A stretch of DNA of 64,000 nt, taken from assembly GCA_030390025.1 (NCBI GenBank), contig CM059432.1, positions 124,374,001 to 124,438,000 of the forward strand, read 5' to 3'. Source of the stretch: Squalus acanthias. Its lineage: Eukaryota. The position numbers were made by a program, and so were the translations under genes. Below the pieces are notes generated by a model. That model had not been told where the DNA came from and ran no database searches. It was given only the letters and a program-made list of their open reading frames with translations. This document shows positions 1 through 12,133 of the stretch, one piece after another; positions within the stretch are counted from its first letter, which is position 1, and each line of letters begins with the position of its first letter.

Positions 1-1072
1 CTTTGCGGTTACTGAACATCTCACCATTGAGATGTGGCGCCCGCAAACCATGTGTGTGCAGTCGATGGCGCGCTGCACCATGGGGAAGGCCGATATCCTG
101 GCAAAGTTACATGCACGCTCCTCCTACTTCTCTCTGTTTAGAAGACAATAAAGTCCCCTCTCCTAGAGTACAGAGTCTCTGTGACCTCCCGGATGCAGAG
201 ATGGATGGCAGACAGCGAGATGTTTGCTATGTCACCTGTTCCAGCCTGTAAGGATCCGCTGATGAAAAGTTTCAGGGCCACCGTCACCTTGAGGACCATT
301 GGCATTGCCATCGTCGCCCTGCTCTGTGGCTGCAGGTCTGTTTCCAAGAGGTGGCAGAGTTCCGTGACCACCTCCTTGGTGAAGCCGAGCCGCTGAATAC
401 ACTGCTCTTGGCTTAAGTGCAGGGAGGAGAATTGCTCCCTGAAGACCCTAGGTGGGTAAGGCCTCCTGCTGAGAGCCCTCCTCCCCTCCTCCTCCTCCCT
501 CTGCAAGCAGCTTGTCTTCTTTGCTGCCTCTGCTCCATCTCCCTGTCATGCTGCAGCGCGAGGGGGACTGCAAGTAGAGCCCCTCTGACTGGGAGCAAGT
601 GGTGTACTCAGAGGCCTTCCAGTAGCAGCCAACACCTTTCCAATGTCCAGCAGCACTCCCTGCACACTTTAACAACTTTTGAAATGTCTTTCAGCAACTC
701 AGTATTTATACAAACTCTGCAAGAGTCAGTACAAGAGCAATAATCAACTTCCCTGCAAGTTGGATGTTTCCCTTTAAATAGTGCTGGTGAGGGGTCCCTC
801 GTGCAACTGTGCTTGTTTAGGAGACGGCATTGAATGGAGTGGCAACATCCAAAATGGCAGGTTGTGCAGCAAGTCAGCGTTAAACACTGACTGACATCAC
901 AATCTGCCTACTCTGCATACTGCCGGTGCACGCACTTACTGCCCGCGCTATCGCCCTCACCAAGATGGCGAACAGCGCGGGTCACGCCGGAAGTGGTTGC
1001 AGGCGAGGTGGACGCCATTCTTTTTCAAAACTGGCCCTAACTACCGGCGCTAAGGTGCAGAATTTTGCAGCC
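1..1072 (-). mobile_element. PIF/Harbinger DNA transposon, one end, with frameshifted N-terminal transposase (~1-587); continues off the window
   Basis: Minus frames give RRPYPPRVFREQFS...LCHLLETDLQP...KVTVALKLFISGSLQ...AIHLCIREVT and FPMVQRAIDCTH (first catalytic D motif of HARBI1-like transposases). TIR-like end GAATTTTGCAGCC at 1060-1072. Confidence 0.88.
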
Positions 1073-1457
1073 ATGGTTCCCAAAGTTTTTGGCATTGGGG
1101 CTTTTCCTCGCCTCTGGATTTGGGATCTGTTAGACTAATTGAGAGAAATTAATTGCCATGATTAATCCACAACTTCATTATTGTTGCATAATGCAATGAC
1201 CAGGATAACAGTAGGCAAACTAGATAGACCTTTGTCTTTTTCTGTTTTGCAATTCCTATGTCCCTATGATCTAGATAGATTGAGAGAATGGACCCAGGAG
1301 TGGCAGATGTTCTTCAATGTGGATAATGCAGCTTGATATATTTTGGGCCAGGGTGATTGCAGGCGTGTATATGCTATGCAGGTTGCCCACTTAAGGCCAC
1401 AGAATAGGAGAGGGATCCGGGGATTGTAGTTCACAAAACATTGAAGATCTATGAACA

Positions 1458-3314
1458 GTGGAAGCCCTAGAGGAGTATAGAAAGTGCAGGGGGGTACTTA
1501 AAAAAGAAATTAGGAGAGCGAAGAGGGGGCATGAAAAAACACTGGCGGGCAAAATAAAGGAAAATCCCAAGGTGTTTTATAAGTATATTAAGGGCAAGAG
1601 AATAACCAGGGAAAGAGTAGGGCCCATTAGGGACCAAAGTGGCAATCTGTGTGTCGAGCCGGAAGATGTAGGTGAGGTTTTAAATGAATATTTTGCATCT
1701 GTGTTCACTATGGAGAAGGACGATGTAGGCATAGAAATCAGGCAGGGGGATTGTGATATACTTGAACAAATTAGTATTGAGAGGGAGGAGGTACTAGCGG
1801 TTTTAGCGGGCTTAAAAGTGGATAAATCCCCAGGCCCAGACGAGATGTATCCCAGGCTGCTGTGTGAGGCAAGGGAGGTGATTGCAGGGGCTCTGACACA
1901 AATTTTCAGAACCTCTCTGGCCACAGGGGAGGTGCCAGAGGACTGGAGAACAGCTAATGTAGTACCATTATTCAAGAAGGGTAGTAGGGATAAACCAAGG
2001 AATTACAGGCCAGTGAGCCTAACATCAGTGGTAGGGAAATTATTGGAAAAAATTCTGAGGGACAGAATTAGTCTCCACTTGGAGAGGCAAGGATTAATCA
2101 AGGATAGTCAGCATGGCTTTGTCAGGGGGAGATCATGTCTAACCAATTTGATTGAATTTTTCGAGGGGGTGACTAGGTGTGTGGATGAGGGTAGTGCAGT
2201 TGATGTAGTCTACATGGACTTCAGTAAGGCTTTTGACAAAGTCCCACATGGGAGACTGGTCAAGAAGGTAAGAGCCGATGGGATCCAGGGCAATTTGGCA
2301 CATTGGATCCAAAATTGGCTTAGTGGCAGGAGGCAGAGGGTGATGGTCGAAGGTTGTTTTTATGACTGGAAGCCTGTGTCCAGTGGTGTACCGCAGGGAT
2401 CGGTGCTGGGTCCTTTGCTGTTTGTAGTGTACATTAATGATTTAGATATGAATGTAGGAGGTATGATCAGTAAGTTCGCAGATGACACAAAAATTGGTGG
2501 AGTGGTAAATAGCGAGGAGGGAAGCCTCAGGCTACAGGACGATATTGACGGGTTGGTTAGATGGGCAGAACAGTGGCAAATGGAATTTAACTCTGAAAAG
2601 TGTGAGGTGATGCATTTTGGGAGGACTAACAAGGCAAGGGAATACACAATGAATGGTAGGACCCTAGGAAGGACAGAGGATCAGAGGGACCTTGGTGTGC
2701 ATGTACATAGATCCCTGAAGGCAGCAGGACAGGTAGATAAGGTGGTTAAAAAGGCATATGGGATACTTGCCTTCATTAGCCGAGGCATAGAATATAAGAG
2801 CAGGGAGGTTATGATGGAGCTGTACAAAACGCTAGTTAGGCCACAGCTGGAATACTGTGTGCAGTTCTGGTCGTCACACTCTAGGAGGGATGTGATTACA
2901 TTGGAGAGGATGCAGAGGAGATTCACCAGGATGTTACCTGGGCTAGAGCGCTTCAGCTATGAAGAGAGACTGGACAGGCTGCGGTTGTTTTCCTTAGAGC
3001 AAAGAAGGCTGAGGGGGGACCTGATTGAGGTGTACAAAATTATGAGGGGCATAGATAGGGTAGATAGAAAGGAACTTTTCCCCTTAGTAGAGGGGTCAAT
3101 AACCAGGGGGCATAGTTTCAAGGTAAGGGGCAGGAGGTTTAGAGGGGATTTGAGGAAAAACTTTTTCACCCAGAGGGTGGTTGGAATCTGGAACTCACTA
3201 CCTGAAAGGGTGGTAGAGGCAGGAACCCTCACAACATTCAAAAAGCATTTAGATGAGCACTTGAAACGCCATAGCATACAAGGCTATGGACCAAGTGCTG
3301 GAAAATGGGATTAG
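1458..3314 (+). CDS. CR1 ORF2 reverse transcriptase, 618 open codons, endonuclease domain missing (5' truncated, no real start)
   Basis: KSPGPD, NYRPVSLTS, QHGF, DFSKAFDKVPH, GVPQGSVLGP, FADD, RPQLEYC, WNSLP motifs with no stops. Confidence 0.9.
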   Translation: MEALEEYRKCRGVLKKEIRRAKRGHEKTLAGKIKENPKVFYKYIKGKRITRERVGPIRDQSGNLCVEPEDVGEVLNEYFASVFTMEKDDVGIEIRQGDCDILEQISIEREEVLAVLAGLKVDKSPGPDEMYPRLLCEAREVIAGALTQIFRTSLATGEVPEDWRTANVVPLFKKGSRDKPRNYRPVSLTSVVGKLLEKILRDRISLHLERQGLIKDSQHGFVRGRSCLTNLIEFFEGVTRCVDEGSAVDVVYMDFSKAFDKVPHGRLVKKVRADGIQGNLAHWIQNWLSGRRQRVMVEGCFYDWKPVSSGVPQGSVLGPLLFVVYINDLDMNVGGMISKFADDTKIGGVVNSEEGSLRLQDDIDGLVRWAEQWQMEFNSEKCEVMHFGRTNKAREYTMNGRTLGRTEDQRDLGVHVHRSLKAAGQVDKVVKKAYGILAFISRGIEYKSREVMMELYKTLVRPQLEYCVQFWSSHSRRDVITLERMQRRFTRMLPGLERFSYEERLDRLRLFSLEQRRLRGDLIEVYKIMRGIDRVDRKELFPLVEGSITRGHSFKVRGRRFRGDLRKNFFTQRVVGIWNSLPERVVEAGTLTTFKKHLDEHLKRHSIQGYGPSAGKWD

Positions 3315-3386
3315 AATAGACAGGGCTTGATGGCTGGCGCGGACACGATGGGCCGAAGGGCCTCTTTCTGTGCTGTATAACTCTAT
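1458..3386 (+). mobile_element. Young 5'-truncated CR1 LINE (ORF2 RT region plus 3' UTR)
   Basis: Uninterrupted RT frame, then 3' UTR and a CTCTATG-type tail that resumes after the MITE (4147-4160). Confidence 0.95.
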
Positions 3387-4146
3387 GGGGTAAAAATTGA
3401 ATCGCGCCCCATTTGGGGCGCTAACCTCGCCGGGGCGCGACTTTTAGCGCCCCGAAAAAATTAGCGGCCCCGCGCCGGAACTTCAGTGGTTGCGCCCCAA
3501 GAGGGAAGCGGGGCGCCACTGGAAGCACCCCGCATCCCTCTTGGGGCGCTGCGAGTGAATATCCTGGCGCTACGTGCCGCAGCGCCACGCGCTGCGGCAC
3601 GTCGCGCCGCGGTATTGCAGGCCTTCCTCCCCTTCTTAAAGGGGAGGGACCCTGCGCAGCGCGAACCGGGGCCCAGCTGGGCCCGCAGGGATCGGGAGTG
3701 CCGGCAAAAGAGCCCGGCACTCAAGAGAAGTGCCGGGCTCTTGGAGCGCAGCCGGCACTTCACGGTGGGGGGGCTTCACGGGGGCCGGGGGCAGGTGCTG
3801 GCAGGCGGCCAGCAACAAAAATGGCCGCCTGCCACCTCCCCTTTAAATATCGCCGCCCCGGCCGCACGTACGCCTCCCTGAACCCGTCGGACATAGCGTC
3901 TGGCGGTAAATCAGGGGGCGCGACTGAAGATCACGGCCGGGGCGCGAGCGGGGTGCTGCGCACGGAGATGACGTCATCGCCGGCGGCGCAGCGCCACAGG
4001 GCACTACCGGCTGCCGCCGCCGCTAACCTCCCACTAAATTTTTCGGGAGGCGTGGGCGGCGCTGCGCCCGGGCGTTAGCTGCTTTACGCCCCATTAGCGC
4101 CCTCTTAAGGCGCTAACGGGAGGCGCAAGCAGCTGAATTTTCCCCC
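3387..4146. mobile_element. GC/CpG-rich Harbinger MITE (family A)
   Basis: TIRs GGGGTAAAAATT / AATTTTCCCCC; 3-bp TSD TAT (3384-3386, 4147-4149); right subterminal region resembles the end of the transposase-bearing copy at 15550-15622. Confidence 0.88.
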
Positions 4147-4343
4147 TATGGCTCTATCTAATGTCACAGGCCATAGGGAAAATGAATAAGGTATTATGGT
4201 GTATAGCTAGAACAGTTAAATACAGAACTAGAAATACAATATTTACCTTCTACAAACTATTGGTATGGTCACATCTGGAATATTATGCCATTTTTGGTGC
4301 CTTAGTAAAGTGGAGAGTATCAAGCTGTTGGGGAAGGACCAGG

Positions 4344-4780
4344 AAGAAAGAAAAAAAGAAAGAATTTGCATCTTTCAAGTCCCAAAGCGCTTTACAGCCA
4401 ATGCTGTACTTTTGAAGTGTAGTCACTGTTGTAATGTAGGAAACGCGGCAGCCAATTTACGCACAGCAAGCTCCCACAAACAGCAATGAGGTAATGACCA
4501 GATAATCTGTTTTTGATGTTGGTTGAAGGATAAATATTGGCCAGAACACTGGAGATAACTCCCCTGCTCTTCTTCAAAATAGCGCAATGGGATCTTTTAC
4601 ATCCATCTGAGAGAGCAGACGGGGCCTTGGTTTAATGTCTCATCTTAAAAACAATACCTCTGACAGTGCTGTACTGGAGTGCCAACCTAGATTTTTGTGC
4701 TCAAGTCTCTGAAGTGGGACTCTGAACCCACAGCCTTCTGACTCAGAGGCAAGAGCGCTACCCACTGAGCTACAGCTGAC
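4344..4780 (-). mobile_element. tRNA-derived DeuSINE (SacSINE1/AmnSINE1-like)
   Basis: Minus-strand head GTCAGCTGTAGCTCAGTGGGTAGC with a B-box-like GGTTCAGAGTCC; Deu-domain sequence CATTGCTGTTTGTGGGAGCTTGCTGTGCGTAAATTGGCTGCC; TTTC-rich tail. Confidence 0.88.
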
Positions 4781-5983
4781 ACTCTGGAGCGCCATTAGAA
4801 TAATACCGAGTCATAGTTATCACGATAGGCTCAAGGAACTGGGTCTTTTTTTCACTGAAGAAGCATAGACTTTGAGTGGTTATGATTAAGGTTTTAAAAT
4901 GATGAAAGGAATAGGTTCTGTTTAGGGGGATAGGTTATTTGAGATAGATAGTGAGGGACTACTTCGGGAAATCAGCACAAAATATGAAAACATAGAGTTA
5001 GGCTAGATGCCAGGATTATTTTTCCACAAAGTTATCGACCTCTGGATGAGACTTTCAGAATATGCAGTGACTACGGAACATAAGAACATAAGCCTTCAAA
5101 AAGGAACTGGACAAGTTCCTGAGAGTCTCAGACATTTCGAATGTAAAAGGTAGGTGAAGGTTAGCTGTAATTAGTGATTGCTGAAGCGTTCTGGAGTTTG
5201 CTTGATTACACCTTAAGTGTTGGAGAGGAATGTCCCCAGAATCTTTTATTTTACTGGATAGCAATCAGGACTTGGAACCATAACCGTTTTCTCCTTTTAC
5301 TCAGCTGACTAACGTCAGATCTCAAATGGATTTCAAATTCTCACTTTTTGTTTATAGTCTCCCTCCATAGTTCTGCGCGATCTTCATTATAGGCCTCCAG
5401 CAATCAAAAAACTGTGGGGGTGGGGGTTCAGAGGAATGTTAAACATGGACAAATAATCCATTCGCACTCTCTACCAGTATCAGAATAGTCTATTTTATGA
5501 TTGTCTATTTTTTTTCCATTAGAATTAGAAAAAAGAAAAATCGCCTTTAATAAGTTTTTAGTTTCCTATGTACAAACACTCGGGTATAGACAGGTTTAAC
5601 AACTGAATTTAACAAGCAAATAAATTGGTGCAGAGGGCAGCTTATCTTACATGTTAAACTGTTGTTAAAAAAAAGCAACTGAAGAACATGTTTAATTTTT
5701 AAGAATACCGGGTCTAGTTCTTCTATTCCAAGTTACTATATCTGAAGCGCCTGCTTGACAAAAACATTTTTAATTTACTGGAAGCATTCATCAAAAATCA
5801 AATGCCGCTACAAGGTGATTAAATTAGATTGAAAGTAATCAAGGATGCTGGAGTCTTATTGTAGTGCATACTGCACAATATACTGGCATCCAGTTAGTGC
5901 GGGTATTATTCCAACAGCTGTTACATTTAAGGTCCTAAGTACCTCTGAGCTTTTCTAGATTTCTTTATTGTTTATATTTCTTT

Positions 5984-6620
5984 GGGTGAGAAATTGGGTG
6001 CCTTTGCGCCTCCCGTTAGCACCCCTGGGGCACGCTAACGGGGCACAAATGGCTTTGCGACCGGGCGCAGCGCTGACCTCGACTCCCGCCATATTCAGCG
6101 GGAGTTTTGCGGCGGTGATCGTGACGTCATCGCCGTGCGCATCACCCCGGTAGCGCCCCAGACCCGAAATTGACTTTCGTCCCCTGCGGCAGCACCGTCG
6201 AAAACACCGACAGCTGCAGGAGGCGTGCATTGGACGGCCGGCCGCTTCGGGGGCGATGATTAAAGGTGAGGTGGCCGAGGTAAGTGAAAAAAAAACTTAC
6301 CTTTGTCGTTCCACATTTTTTCTGCTTGAGTGCCGGGCTGATCGCGCGGGATCGCGGCAGCCTTGGTGATCCAGGTAGGTAATTTTTCCATTGCAGAGCC
6401 TGCAGCGCTGGCCCTTCCCTTTAAGGGAGGGAAGGAGACTTTGAACGCGGCAGCGCTGCACGGCCCAGTGTGCAGCGCTGCTGAAGTCTGAGCCCCGCCT
6501 GCTGCCGATTGCGCTCCAAGAAGGAAGTGGAGGACTTGATTTAGCACTCCACTTCCTTCCTGGAGCGCAAAAACTAATTTTTTAAAAGCTTAGAAACATT
6601 AGCGCCTGAATTTCTCCCCC
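5984..6620. mobile_element. GC-rich Harbinger MITE (family A)
   Basis: TIRs GGGTGAGAAATT / AATTTCTCCCCC; flanks TTT/TTG; shares GCTAACGGGAGGCGC and GACGTCATCGCCG with 3387-4146. Confidence 0.82.
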
Positions 6621-7017
6621 TTGGTCTCTCTTCATTTAATTTTTTTTCCAAAGTGAATTCAAGACATCTCCTCAGTTATAAAAATCTGTAATCTAATTTT
6701 GTCTGACTATTCAGTTACCATTCTTCATAACTCTCTTAACCCTCCAAATGTTACACATGAACACCTTACTTGCAAATCCACAGAGGTCCACAACACAGTA
6801 CACGCAAACGCAGCTATGAAGCTTTACTGGTACATTGTTGAATTTTGGATGAGGGCTGTGATTTCAAACCTTAGCCTTGATTGTAATTTGCGACTAAGCT
6901 CCTTTTACTTGGAAAGTTTTGAGAATTTTTGACCACATCAACAGAGGGGGCACTAAGTGAAAGGAGAGTATTTTATCTTAGGCAAGTTTCACCCTGCAGA
7001 AGGAGATTTCCTGTTGG

Positions 7018-7265
7018 TTCATCACAGCATCTTAGAGCACAGAAGGAGGCCATTCTGCCCATCGTGCCTGTGCCAGCTCTTCGAAAGAGCTGCTCAATTA
7101 GTCCCACTCCCCAGCTCTTTCCCTGTAGCTCTGCAAATATTTCCTTTTTAAATATGTATCCACTTCCCTTTTGAAAGTTACTATTGAATCTGCTTCCACC
7201 ACCGTTTCAGGCAGTGCATTCCAGATCATAACAACTCCCTGAGTAAAATAAAATTTCCTCCTCAC
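7018..7265 (-). mobile_element. CR1 3'-end fragment
   Basis: FTQGVVMIWNALPETVVEADS...YRERAGEWD followed by a CR1-type 3' UTR. Confidence 0.85.
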
Positions 7266-7826
7266 CACTGGTGGAACACTATTCATTGGCTGAAGGAAGG
7301 CAGGAAACAGGAAAAGTGTCAGCAATGGGATAAAATGTGGTGTGAATGTGAGATTATTTCAAAAAATTAGTAATTTACCAGTCAATCTCCTGTAGCATTG
7401 CATACTTTGATATCAATGGAAATGAACATCAGTCGATTTCTATAATAGGCGGGTGATCTGCCCCAAGGAGTCAAGACCAAGTGTAGTCTTCAGGTGAAGT
7501 GGGGTTAGACGGTGGGGGGGATAATTGAACCAGGGCACACAGATTTAAGATTATTAATAAGATATATCTCTACAATACAGACTGAGGATCTAGGATGTGC
7601 AAAACAGACGCGCTACAGTACCATCACTGGTGGGAGCGCGTGATTACAGCATGACAAATTTACATAAGCAGTTTTCATTACAAATGTGGACATAGGAATT
7701 TATAATTGGAAAAGTTAACACAAAAGTGTGACAATAGAAAGTAAGGTTTTGTAGACAGATATTGCATGCAGACATAAGATTTTTAATATAATAGAAATGC
7801 TGTTCTGTCACCAGCTTTTCTAATCA

Positions 7827-7979
<153 letters not shown>

Positions 7980-9004
7980 CTAAGTAGCAGAAAGAATAAC
8001 ATACTCTTTAATACAGTCACCAGAGTTTGCCTCAATTAATTACGCTCTGTCGGAGAATGTTCTGAACATTTATCATACAATTCCCCAAAGCAATCACAGA
8101 TGGCTTCCTGCAATCACATTGATTTTTTTTTCTACCCAATTATGTAAAACATTCAACTTCCTACTTTGGCAAAGTACAGCTTTTTAATTGTTATTGAAAT
8201 CAGACATTTTGTGAACCCTTTTATAATTTACTTGACATTGGTAAAATACAATAATGCAGTGAGATGACTATGTTTATTGAAACCAGATAACAACATGCAA
8301 AAAAAATCACAAGGTAGGAAAGGAATGTAAATTTTGCATGGCAGCCCCATGGCGAAATGCATTAGTGATTACAACAGTTTGGAACAGCAAGATTCAATTT
8401 GCAGTCCTGATTAACACTAACGCTCTGGTTTCCTCTAGCCAGCAGATGTTGACTAGATTTGGATTAACCTCAGACGGTCAGACATGACACTGGCCAGAGA
8501 TGAGGTGCCCAGCCAATGGAGGATGAGACAATGAGCAGGTATTCCAACTCAGATCATACTTCAGGACATGCATTGCCGGGCAACAGAGCACGTCAATGAT
8601 TTTGAACTGTTTTGATGAAGGAGGTTTAATGAATTCAGTTATAATTTCATTTTTTTAAACTTGTCCATAGAACTATTTGTTGTTTCCTACCTATTCCATC
8701 AGCTGAAAGTCACAACACGGAAAAAATGAGAAATGAAAATTTGTTTTAATTAGCCAAGTTATTTTTCCTGCCCATCTAGAAACTTAAATGATAAACCTTG
8801 TCAAGGACATTATGAAAATCCTGGAAAATATGAGAATATATAGTAATGTCTCAATAATACAGTAACTCAGCACATGCCAAACTACCATTCATCCTATCTA
8901 TCCAGTCACCTCTTAGGAGGAAGCGTTTTGGAATGAAGAATGAGGAGAGGCAATATAAACTAAATGGTACAATTTTCAAGTGGGTGCAGGAACAGAGAGA
9001 TCTG

Positions 9005-10738
9005 GGGGGTCAGCAGGCGCGATCAGTGGTGGGTCGGGTGAGAAAGTGCTTTTTTTTAACAGCGGGTCGGGACCCCACTGTCAACCTGCCACCACGCACC
9101 ATTACCAAATGTCAGCGCTGAGCAGACCCGACACGCAGCTGCAGAGGAGGCAATTGAAAGCATTAGTGGCTTGTTTGCAGCCACTTAACAATGCTTTTTT
9201 CCCAGCATTTTGATTTTGACAGGTCGCCCACTGGTTTCCCGCTGTGCCTAGACCTCGTCAGTGAAGCTGAGGCGGGAGGTCAATGGCCATTGTTTTAGCT
9301 GAAGAGTTGACAGCTTCAAATGTCGTCAAAGCTCCCAGCTGATTCAGATAGCTACCCGTAGCCACTAGCTTCTCTAAACTGCATTTCCACTACAGATTCA
9401 GAATGCTGCAAGTCTTTACACAAGTCTCCATCCAGTCTGACTTCATTACCTCTCCCACCATTGGCAGATCGCTTCTGTCATCTCTACTTCACCTGCCATC
9501 TATTCCATCAGCATCAGTGCCCTTGAAATTCTCTCACCTTGGTCCTCAGAATCCCACCACGATCAGCCCCAACACCAGCACCACCAGGCACACCAGCATC
9601 ACCCCCACAACACCAACCTTCTCCGCAATCACCTGATGCTGCACACGACACAGGGCATCAGCACCCGACAACATTGCTGCCTGGGAGGCCAGGGATGGCC
9701 TCACCATGGCCAGATTTACTTCACTTGATGCTGTACACCCTGGCTGCCACATGATGCGCCAGGTTGGCACCACCCCACACCAACACCATAAAGCATCCCT
9801 ACAATGCCCAAGCCATTCCTTTCACACTCATGACCATTGCTGGAGGTACCGCTATGTCTCACCATTCACTGCAACTCACTAAGCCACTTCCAAAGGTGCT
9901 CACAAATCTGTCCAAGAACGCAAAGTGTTGAAAATAAAGGTTTCAATGTTTGACAGCATATTAACAGAAACTTTACATGAACATTGGCTAAAACACCTAA
10001 GTGCCTATCCTTGTGTGTTGTTAGTTGTTATGATTGCACTAGGATGAGGGTGAGTGTGAGGGGTGGTGAGTGAGATGGGGAAGTGATAATGTAGATAGAG
10101 AGGGATGGGTGGAGGTGCAAGGTAAGTTGGTGTGAGTAAGGATGTGCAGGAGTAGGGTAGGGAAGGCAGAGTGATGGGGATGTGATGAGTGGCACAGCAG
10201 GATGAGGTTGAGTGTGGCTTTGCAGTAACGTTTCGTGATCTACTGAGATCATTGAAATGTTTGCGCCACTGCAGCCTGATCCTCCTGACGACATCCCTGC
10301 TTGTGTCCTCCTGTGCAATGTGCAACCAGGCTGCGTTGATCTCCTGGGGAGGTCTCTTCCGCCCATTGGAAGGGAAGAGAACCTCACTGCGTGCTGTGAC
10401 TCCCTCATAAGCATACGGAGGGAGTCATGGGAGAGCCTGGGTGCAGCCCTGCACCTTTGTGCAGTGCTCGTCAGTGTTTGCAGCACCTCAATACCGACAG
10501 CACAAATGTCAAAATAAATTTGCGCATGATCCCTTTACGGAAACCGGCTGATGACGCATCATCAAATGATGTCATCAGACCCGCTTCCTTCAATTGGCCA
10601 GCAAACGCGCTGGGCGGGCTTAACAAGCCCAATCGGGGGAAAATCATTCTACACAGCAGGCTTGGGCTGGCAGCAAGGCCGGGACCCGCCACCAACGTCA
10701 CCCGCCACGGACCCGCCGAGGTTGATAAAATCCAGCCC
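9005..10738. mobile_element. Non-autonomous Harbinger derivative (family B) with a Myb/SANT exon remnant on minus (~10230-10470)
   Basis: Right TIR AAAATCCAGCCC; TSD CTG (9002-9004, 10739-10741); left TIR mostly deleted; RAAPRLSHDSLRMLM...AWLHIAQE...QWRKHFNDL; similar to 26651-27846 and 29128-31807. Confidence 0.85.
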
Positions 10739-10777
10739 CTGGGGGTGTGTTTACATGATCTTTGATGGAGGCACTAT

Positions 10778-12133
10778 GGGCTGAATTTTCTGTGGTGGTA
10801 GCGGGCACGATCGGTGGCGGGTCAGATGGGAAAGTTGTTTTTTTTGACAGCGGGTCGGAAACCTGCTGTCATCTCGCTCCCACACACCTTTCCCACAGGA
10901 GCGACCCAATTAAAATCATTACGAGGTACTTTACAGGCACTTAAGAGCCTTTTTCCCCCTACTTTTTACATTTCCCTGCATGGCCACGGGATTCACACAG
11001 CTCAGGAATCACATCTGTCAACCTGAGGCATGAGTTCCATGGCCATTGCTCCAGCTGATTACATGACAGCATGGAAAACAAACCAAAATAAAAACATGTT
11101 GATTACATCAGCCAACAGATTGATGGAGATTCTGTTCTACTTGAAAAGCTACTGATAAATGTTAATTCAGAAATTCCTGATGGTGAGGTAAATACATTTT
11201 TCATTGGTCATTCTCGGCTGTTGCCTTCCAACTGAACAATAATTGCAGTGAATTGATCTGCACTATAAAAAATGACATATACCATGTAAATAAATTTTTG
11301 TGTTGTTTCTGGTCAGGTTTTTCTCACAGTATACTGTGATTGTCCAGTTACACATTAAATCAAGTCATCAACCGTAACAATTTTATTCTCATCACTCATT
11401 CCATTGGTTCAACTTGCTTTCAGTCCTTGAATATGACTAATTTAATTTTTCAGTCTGAGACTTTGGGGTGAATTTCTGTGGAGGTTCTCTCACTTGTCCA
11501 TTGTTAACTTCAATGGAAGAGCTGCAGAAATCCCAGAAACACATTGTAAGCACCACTTACACTGTTTGTCAGGGATTCCGCAGCTCTTCCACTGAACTTG
11601 CATAAGATTGGAAATCCACCCCTTTACAATTACATTTAAAATCTGCTTAATTTTATGTATTACCTATACACATACATCTTTTATTTGTGCCAGTTACTGA
11701 TACAAAAGTCTATCGTTTTGTGTGACTAAAGCACCAATAACTTGCCAATTAATGTACTTTTTAATTATGTTCTTGAATGTATTTGTAGATGGATTCATGT
11801 TACATAATGATAATCTTATTTAAATATTTCTTTGTCACTCATATATAACTTTTATTATATTATTGTACAGTAAAGATTCAACCCCCACGATATTAGATTA
11901 AACTTAAAATTTTATGTGGCCAGGGTCCCTTTAAGGATCCAGCTTAAAATGCATCATGAGTGACAGCACCAGACCCACTCCATCTCATTGGGTTGGGTAA
12001 CGCGCTGGGCAGGCTTAATAGGCCCCATTCAGGTAAGTTCATTTTCTGCAGCAGAATGGAGCCAGCAGCGGGGTCGCGACCTGCCACCGACACAGTTTGC
12101 ACTGGACCCGCCAAGGTAAGGAAAATTCTGGCT
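10778..12133. mobile_element. Family-B Harbinger derivative whose interior (~11070-11900) is unrelated AT-rich DNA
   Basis: TIRs GGGCTGAATTTTC / GAAAATTCTGGCT; flanks TAT/AAT; both arms match family-B termini; CR1 is contiguous on both sides. Confidence 0.75.
11465..11622. mobile_element. Short hairpin MITE
   Basis: TIRs GGGGTGAATTTC / GAAATCCACCCC; TSD TTT. Confidence 0.65.

Larger units (their letters stand above)
1268..5130 (+). mobile_element. Old degenerate CR1 LINE RT fragment, split by later insertions (pieces ~1268-1457, 4161-4343, 4781-5130)
   Basis: Pieces read colinearly as the CR1 RT C-terminus: LDRLREWTQEWQMFFNVD...GIVVHKTLK / AIGKMNKVLWCIARTVKYRT...HLEYY / DRLKELGLF. Confidence 0.75.

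Noticed and set aside
3387..4146. Host CpG-island promoter, or coding GC-rich ORFs
   Set aside because: The GC-rich block is bounded exactly by TIRs and a TSD; the overlapping ORFs reflect stop-poor composition.
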